From positions 16,486-80,485 of the forward strand of contig JAQGHU010000093.1 of NCBI GenBank assembly GCA_028291515.1: a stretch of 64,000 nt of DNA. The letters are read 5' to 3'. Position numbers and translations under genes: made by a program. The notes under the pieces were generated by a model that saw nothing but the letters and a program-made list of their open reading frames with translations, ran no database searches and was not told the DNA's origin. Source of the stretch: Schlesneria sp. (GTDB lineage: Bacteria > Planctomycetota > Planctomycetia > Planctomycetales > Planctomycetaceae). Shown here in pieces: positions 59,725-64,000 of this stretch; positions within the stretch are counted from its first letter, which is position 1; each line of letters begins with the position of its first letter.

Positions 59725-60522
59725 ATGAATAAGCTTGTGATCGGGGTGATGGCTGTTGTCGGTATCGTCGGGCGCCTGCAGGCTCACGATACGTGGGTCC
59801 AGACGAACACGAACGTGATCCGAACGGGCGACGCGATCTACGTCGATCTGATGCTTGGCAATCACGGCAACGAGCATCGTGACTTCAAGCTCGCGAGCAA
59901 GACGACGCTCGACAGAGTGATCCTGAAGGTAAACGCGCCGAACGGAAAGAGCTTCGATCTGAAGGATCGCCTCAGTGATGTTGGCTATACGCCGAAGGAA
60001 GGATTCTGGAGCGGCCGGTTCGCCGCGACAGATCCCGGGCTGTACATGGTGGAACACTCGCGCGATTCGATCGTGAATCATGGCAGTCCGGCGAGATCGA
60101 TCCGCAGCGGCAAGACGTTCTTCGTCGTCAGCAAGTCGCTCGACAAAGTCGCCGATGACAATCCAGGATTCGACAAAGTGCTCGGGCATCCGCTGGAGAT
60201 CGTACCCGAAGCCAGCACGGTGACGCCGATGGGTCCCGACGTGCCGATCCGAGTCAAAGTGCTGTTTCGAGGGGAACCACTGAAGGACGCTCGCGTCTCA
60301 TTCATTCCACGAGGCGCGACGTTATCCGAGGGATTCGACGCGAACTTCGAACGAAAGACCAACGAAAACGGCCGTTGCTTCTTCATCCCCAAAGAGGGGA
60401 ACTACTATCTGGTGGTTGTGCATCACAAGACGGACGAAAAAGGAACTGACTACGAATCGACGGCGTATTCGGCGACATTGACGGTGTTTGTCCCCGAGGT
60501 CTGCCCGTGCTGCGGCGAGTAA
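59725..60522 (+). CDS. DUF4198 family protein
   Basis: Signal peptide then AHDTWV, GNHG, LEIVP, V.F.GEPL; ends CPCC. Confidence 0.75.
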   Translation: MNKLVIGVMAVVGIVGRLQAHDTWVQTNTNVIRTGDAIYVDLMLGNHGNEHRDFKLASKTTLDRVILKVNAPNGKSFDLKDRLSDVGYTPKEGFWSGRFAATDPGLYMVEHSRDSIVNHGSPARSIRSGKTFFVVSKSLDKVADDNPGFDKVLGHPLEIVPEASTVTPMGPDVPIRVKVLFRGEPLKDARVSFIPRGATLSEGFDANFERKTNENGRCFFIPKEGNYYLVVVHHKTDEKGTDYESTAYSATLTVFVPEVCPCCGE

Positions 60523-60684
60523 ACGGTGTCGGGAATGGCCATTTTCTCATTTCGGAGAATCCCATTCCGACACGATCGCGCAGAAGACTCGACAGCGAGG
60601 CGTATTCCGTTCAGAATATGCTCGCTTGCGAGCAGGTGTGACTGACGACTTGGTTTGCTTAATTCGATGGGAGAGTTTTGTTTC

Positions 60685-60960
60685 ATGGATACTCACGGTA
60701 GCGCGGCAGTGGTGGAAGGTGATCACGGACACGCAGTTCCCGAGAGTGGCGAACGTTTCGAGAAGGCGGAACTCGAGTACTTCGTCGACGCCGATCGAGA
60801 AGCGGGCAAGAACATCGGGAAACTGCTGGCTTTGGTGTTCCTGATCTCGTTCGTCCTGATGACCGGCGTCTGCACATGGATGATCACGCACAACAACCGC
60901 GGCCATGATCCTCAAGCCGGTGTTGGCGAAGACCCCAGTGCAACAGCCGAGCATCACTGA
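60685..60960 (+). CDS. Small single-TM protein with His-containing termini
   Basis: DHGH near the N-terminus, TM LLALVFLISFVLMTGVCTW, ends EHH. Confidence 0.6.
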   Translation: MDTHGSAAVVEGDHGHAVPESGERFEKAELEYFVDADREAGKNIGKLLALVFLISFVLMTGVCTWMITHNNRGHDPQAGVGEDPSATAEHH

Positions 60961-60996
60961 CATCCGCGAAGCCAGTCTTGCCTGCCTCTTAAAGTA

Positions 60997-61044
60997 GTAG
61001 GCACACTCCGTGTGCCGCGTCAGCACACAGAGTGTGCTGCCTAC
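60997..61044. repeat. GTAG-type REP pair
   Basis: GTAGGCACACTCCGTGTGCC followed by inverted GCACACAGAGTGTGCTGCCTAC. Confidence 0.65.
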
Positions 61045-61155
61045 CTTCAAGAGTCGAGTTCCTCGGCAGACGATTCAACCAGAAGCACGATCGAGCGGGT
61101 GACGCTGTCCCCGCTCTCGTCATTTTCAGGATCATGTCGTTCGCGTGCCATCAAC

Positions 61156-61289
61156 GTCATTCCCGCGGAGGCGGGAATCCATCTGTTCCGCAGTGGACCT
61201 TCATTAGCCGTCACCGCAGGACAAGATCCGTATCTCCTTCATCGCCTTCGTTCCACGACTCACTGGATTCCCGCCTACGCGGGAATGAC
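61156..61289. repeat. ATTCCC-N8-GGGAAT (dRS3-like) REP doublet
   Basis: GTCATTCCCGCGGAGGCGGGAATCCA and inverted TGGATTCCCGCCTACGCGGGAATGAC. Confidence 0.85.
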
Positions 61290-61614
61290 GGCTAGCGACT
61301 GAAAGCTGCTCACTTCACCTCGATTGCAACTCTCGTCCCGTTTGCAGTCTGGAGTTGTAACTTCTTCCTTCTCTGCAAGGTCAATTTCTGCCGGAAAGCT
61401 GTCGCAGGCGGCAGAATTCGCCGAAGCAGGCCGCTTTGGAGACTCTTCCAAGGCGATTTCGCAATTCGGAGTGCCGGCATTGCGGTTTGGCATCGCGCTT
61501 GCTTTTACGTCTCACATCACCAGGCCAACCGCAAACGACAACAAGGATGAACGGCCCGGTGATACACAAACGGATTCACGAACTTAGCTGGCAACTCGGA
61601 AAGGGCAGATTCAA

Positions 61615-61878
61615 ATGTTGGTGCTCACTCGCAAGCGAACTGAAATGATCAAGATCGGCGACGACATTGTCATCACCGTGATTCATACTTCGCGTGGATC
61701 AGTGAAGCTGGGGATTCAAGCACCATCGGATGTCCGCGTGTTGCGAGGCGAATTGCATGACCGTGCCGATGACGTTCAGCATGGCCCGGTCTATTCGGCC
61801 GATCGCGTCTCGAAACAGTTCGGTGCTGAATACGTCGCTGAGCTGGAAGACCAGATTCTGGTCAGTCTGGCAAAGTGA
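61615..61878 (+). CDS. csrA: Carbon storage regulator CsrA family
   Basis: MLVLTRK...IKIGDDIVITV...VKLGIQAP..V.VLRGEL. Confidence 0.93.
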   Translation: MLVLTRKRTEMIKIGDDIVITVIHTSRGSVKLGIQAPSDVRVLRGELHDRADDVQHGPVYSADRVSKQFGAEYVAELEDQILVSLAK

Positions 61879-61994
61879 ACAGACGGTGCCCCAAGGGGGC
61901 GGGGCATCGTTTCTAAACAACCGGGATTTTCGCGGCCAATCCCGGTTGTCTGGTTCTGGATCGGATTTCCACACCATTCCAAGGAAGGGTCGTC

Positions 61995-62186
61995 ATGAAG
62001 ACCAGTCAACATGCAATCGGGAACGTTTGGGACGATGCATCATTCCGCGAAGAATTCGCCGAACCCGCCATGGTCATTGACACCGTTCGCGATGCCGAAC
62101 GCCGTGCCACCATGGTCTTTGATCTCTTGCTCACCTATTTGAGCGATGCCGAGATGGCTGTGACTCGGCATCGCCCCGCGGCTTAG
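61995..62186 (+). CDS. Small hypothetical protein
   Basis: 63 aa; AAGGAAGGG upstream; follows csrA. Confidence 0.5.
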   Translation: MKTSQHAIGNVWDDASFREEFAEPAMVIDTVRDAERRATMVFDLLLTYLSDAEMAVTRHRPAA

Positions 62187-62266
62187 CCTGCGCTCGAAGC
62201 GGCTCGCACCTGACAACACACCGGGGCGATCGAAACGAGCCGCTTCGTCGCAGGTCAGCAGAGGTT

Positions 62267-62414
62267 TTAGCCACGGATTGAACACGGATGAAACACGGAT
62301 AAGGCAGGAATGTTTGAGGAGCGGAAGACATCAGGGCATCGATCAATCTGTCGATTAATCTACCTCTACTCTTCTTCCTAATCCGTGTTTCATCCGTGTT
62401 CAATCCGTGGCTAA
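62267..62414. repeat. Palindrome with tandem CACGGAT units
   Basis: Perfect 34-bp inverted repeat TTAGCCACGGATTGAACACGGATGAAACACGGAT. Confidence 0.9.
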
Positions 62415-62427
62415 ACCTCTTCCGTCG

Positions 62428-63681
62428 TCACTCATCCGGCAACGTTGTGGTGCCTGGTAGAAGATGCCCCATCTTGTCTCGCTTGGTCGCCAGATACTTG
62501 TCTCGCTGGCTCTCGTGAGGCGCGATGATCGGAACCTGACCTTCCAGCACCAGATCGAATCCTGGAAACGCATTCACTTTTTGCGGGTTATTCGTCAACA
62601 GCCGCACCGCGGACAAACCCAGGTCTTTCAAGATCTGCAGGCCCACGCCATAGTCTCGGGTATCCGCCTTGAAGCCGAGTTTGTGATTCGCTTCCACCGT
62701 GTCATAACCCTGGTCCTGCAGTTGATACGCTTTCAACTTCGCCAGCAGCCCGATTCCGCGTCCTTCTTGCGGCAGATAGACGACGGCACCGGTCCCTTCA
62801 GTGTGAATCATTTTCATCGCCATATGCAATTGGTCGCCGCAATCACATCGCAGCGAATCCAGAACATCTCCCGTAAAACACGAAGAATGGACTCGGACCA
62901 GTGGGGCAGGGACCGACGACAGATCGCCCCAGACGATGGCCAGCGGTTGCTGATCTTCGTGCTGAACTGAATAGGCGATCACTTTGAAATTGCCGTAATG
63001 CCGCGTCTCGAAGGGGACTTCGACTTCGCGTTTCACCAACTGTTCGCGCTGTCGGCGATAGCGAATGATCTGTTCGATCGAGATGAGAGGGATTTTATGT
63101 TTGAGCGAAAGTTCGCGCAGCTCGGCCATATCGGCCATGCCGGTTCCCTGATCACTGCAGATTTCGATCAAGGCACCGACAGGTGTCAGCCCGGCCATGC
63201 GCAGCAGGTCGACAGTGGCTTCCGTATGGCCAGCTCGGCGCAAGACGCCGCCGTCTTTGGCGAGCAACGGGTTAATGTGTCCTGGACGAACAAACTCGAC
63301 CGCCCGACTGTTCGGCTGTGCCATCGCCAGCAAGGTTCGGGTCCGATTCAGGGCGCTCACGCCGCTGCCCGCTTCACGGTGATCGATCGGAGTCAAAAAG
63401 TGAGTCTGGTTTGGAGCGTTGTTCCGATAGCTATCGACAATGGGAGACAATCCCAGGCGATCGGCGACTTCGCTTAACAACGGGGCGCATAGTACACCGG
63501 CTCCGCGGCGTAGCATGAAGTCGACCAGTTCCGGCGTCACCTTTTCGGCCGCGCAGATAAAGTCTCCCTCATTTTCGCGTTCTTCCGCATCCACCACGAT
63601 GACCAATTGTCCCGCCTTCAGCGCGGCCAAAGCATCTTCAAGTGAATCAAACGCATCGGAGGTCGAGTCGACAGGGATCAT
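62428..63681 (-). CDS. ribBA: Bifunctional DHBP synthase / GTP cyclohydrolase II
   Basis: RENEGD, PGHINPL, RAGHTEA, VRVHSSCFTGD..SLRCDCG, QEGRGIGL, LLTNNP. Confidence 0.96.
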   Translation of the reverse strand: MIPVDSTSDAFDSLEDALAALKAGQLVIVVDAEERENEGDFICAAEKVTPELVDFMLRRGAGVLCAPLLSEVADRLGLSPIVDSYRNNAPNQTHFLTPIDHREAGSGVSALNRTRTLLAMAQPNSRAVEFVRPGHINPLLAKDGGVLRRAGHTEATVDLLRMAGLTPVGALIEICSDQGTGMADMAELRELSLKHKIPLISIEQIIRYRRQREQLVKREVEVPFETRHYGNFKVIAYSVQHEDQQPLAIVWGDLSSVPAPLVRVHSSCFTGDVLDSLRCDCGDQLHMAMKMIHTEGTGAVVYLPQEGRGIGLLAKLKAYQLQDQGYDTVEANHKLGFKADTRDYGVGLQILKDLGLSAVRLLTNNPQKVNAFPGFDLVLEGQVPIIAPHESQRDKYLATKRDKMGHLLPGTTTLPDE

Positions 63682-64000
63682 GGTTCGAAGGAATCTTTGC
63701 AGGGAGACAAACGGGACGATTTCGCGATGCCGCTATTGTATGCGCTTTGTCTACTCATCGCCCGACCTGGCAGAAAATCCCACATGACTCAGGGCGAAAT
63801 GGATAGAATTCCTCAATCGCCGTCCGACAGACGCCATTCGCAATTGGAGCTGTTTCTCCCCTTTAAACCCGACAAATGGCACGATTGCACTACTTACCCC
63901 GACTCCACCTTCGACGAAAAGTCGTCGCCCCCGATACGACAGAGTTGATCGCAACAGCTTGACAAAGCAGCAGATGCCGATATGTTGGTGGTTGCGACTG

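Noticed and set aside
63751-63954. 67-aa ORF upstream of ribBA
   Set aside because: No motif or RBS; likely chance
63682-64000. FMN riboswitch upstream of ribBA
   Set aside because: No RFN consensus on the minus strand within the window; one could lie beyond the edge
1-64000. tRNA, rRNA, tmRNA, RNase P RNA, prophage
   Set aside because: No recognisable signatures seen by eye; tRNAscan-SE and Infernal would be needed to exclude them fully

Overview
Planctomycete chromosomal window (Planctomycetaceae/Schlesneria-like gene content: DUF1559, DUF1549/DUF1553, DUF1501, SHD1, J-like membrane proteins). Left part: SGNH-like, gdhA, cimA, valS, two ParDE toxin-antitoxin pairs, metabolic genes, an internally deleted photolyase and a shortened RND adaptor. 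Centre: a four-gene WXG100-like plus FtsK/EssC-like operon, and a DUF1553-PARG-like-DUF1501 operon. Next, a 5.8 kb block lies between two diverged inverted copies of a ~0.7-0.8 kb intergenic element carrying a 10-bp-phased GACA array. Right part: three DUF1559 prepilin-like loci, two with metal-uptake-type neighbours and Fur-like boxes, then csrA and ribBA. At least five unrelated REP/MITE-like palindrome families are present. Main leads: (1) a minimal type VII-like module in a diderm organism, (2) the inverted intergenic element, (3) an Ile/Val leader-peptide attenuator upstream of cimA, (4) DUF1559 genes in the position normally held by TonB-dependent receptors, (5) a eukaryote-type PARG-like gene. 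I saw no rRNA, tRNA, CRISPR array or transposase. Family assignments come from recognised motifs, not database searches; several starts were moved to a downstream ATG/GTG and are estimates.
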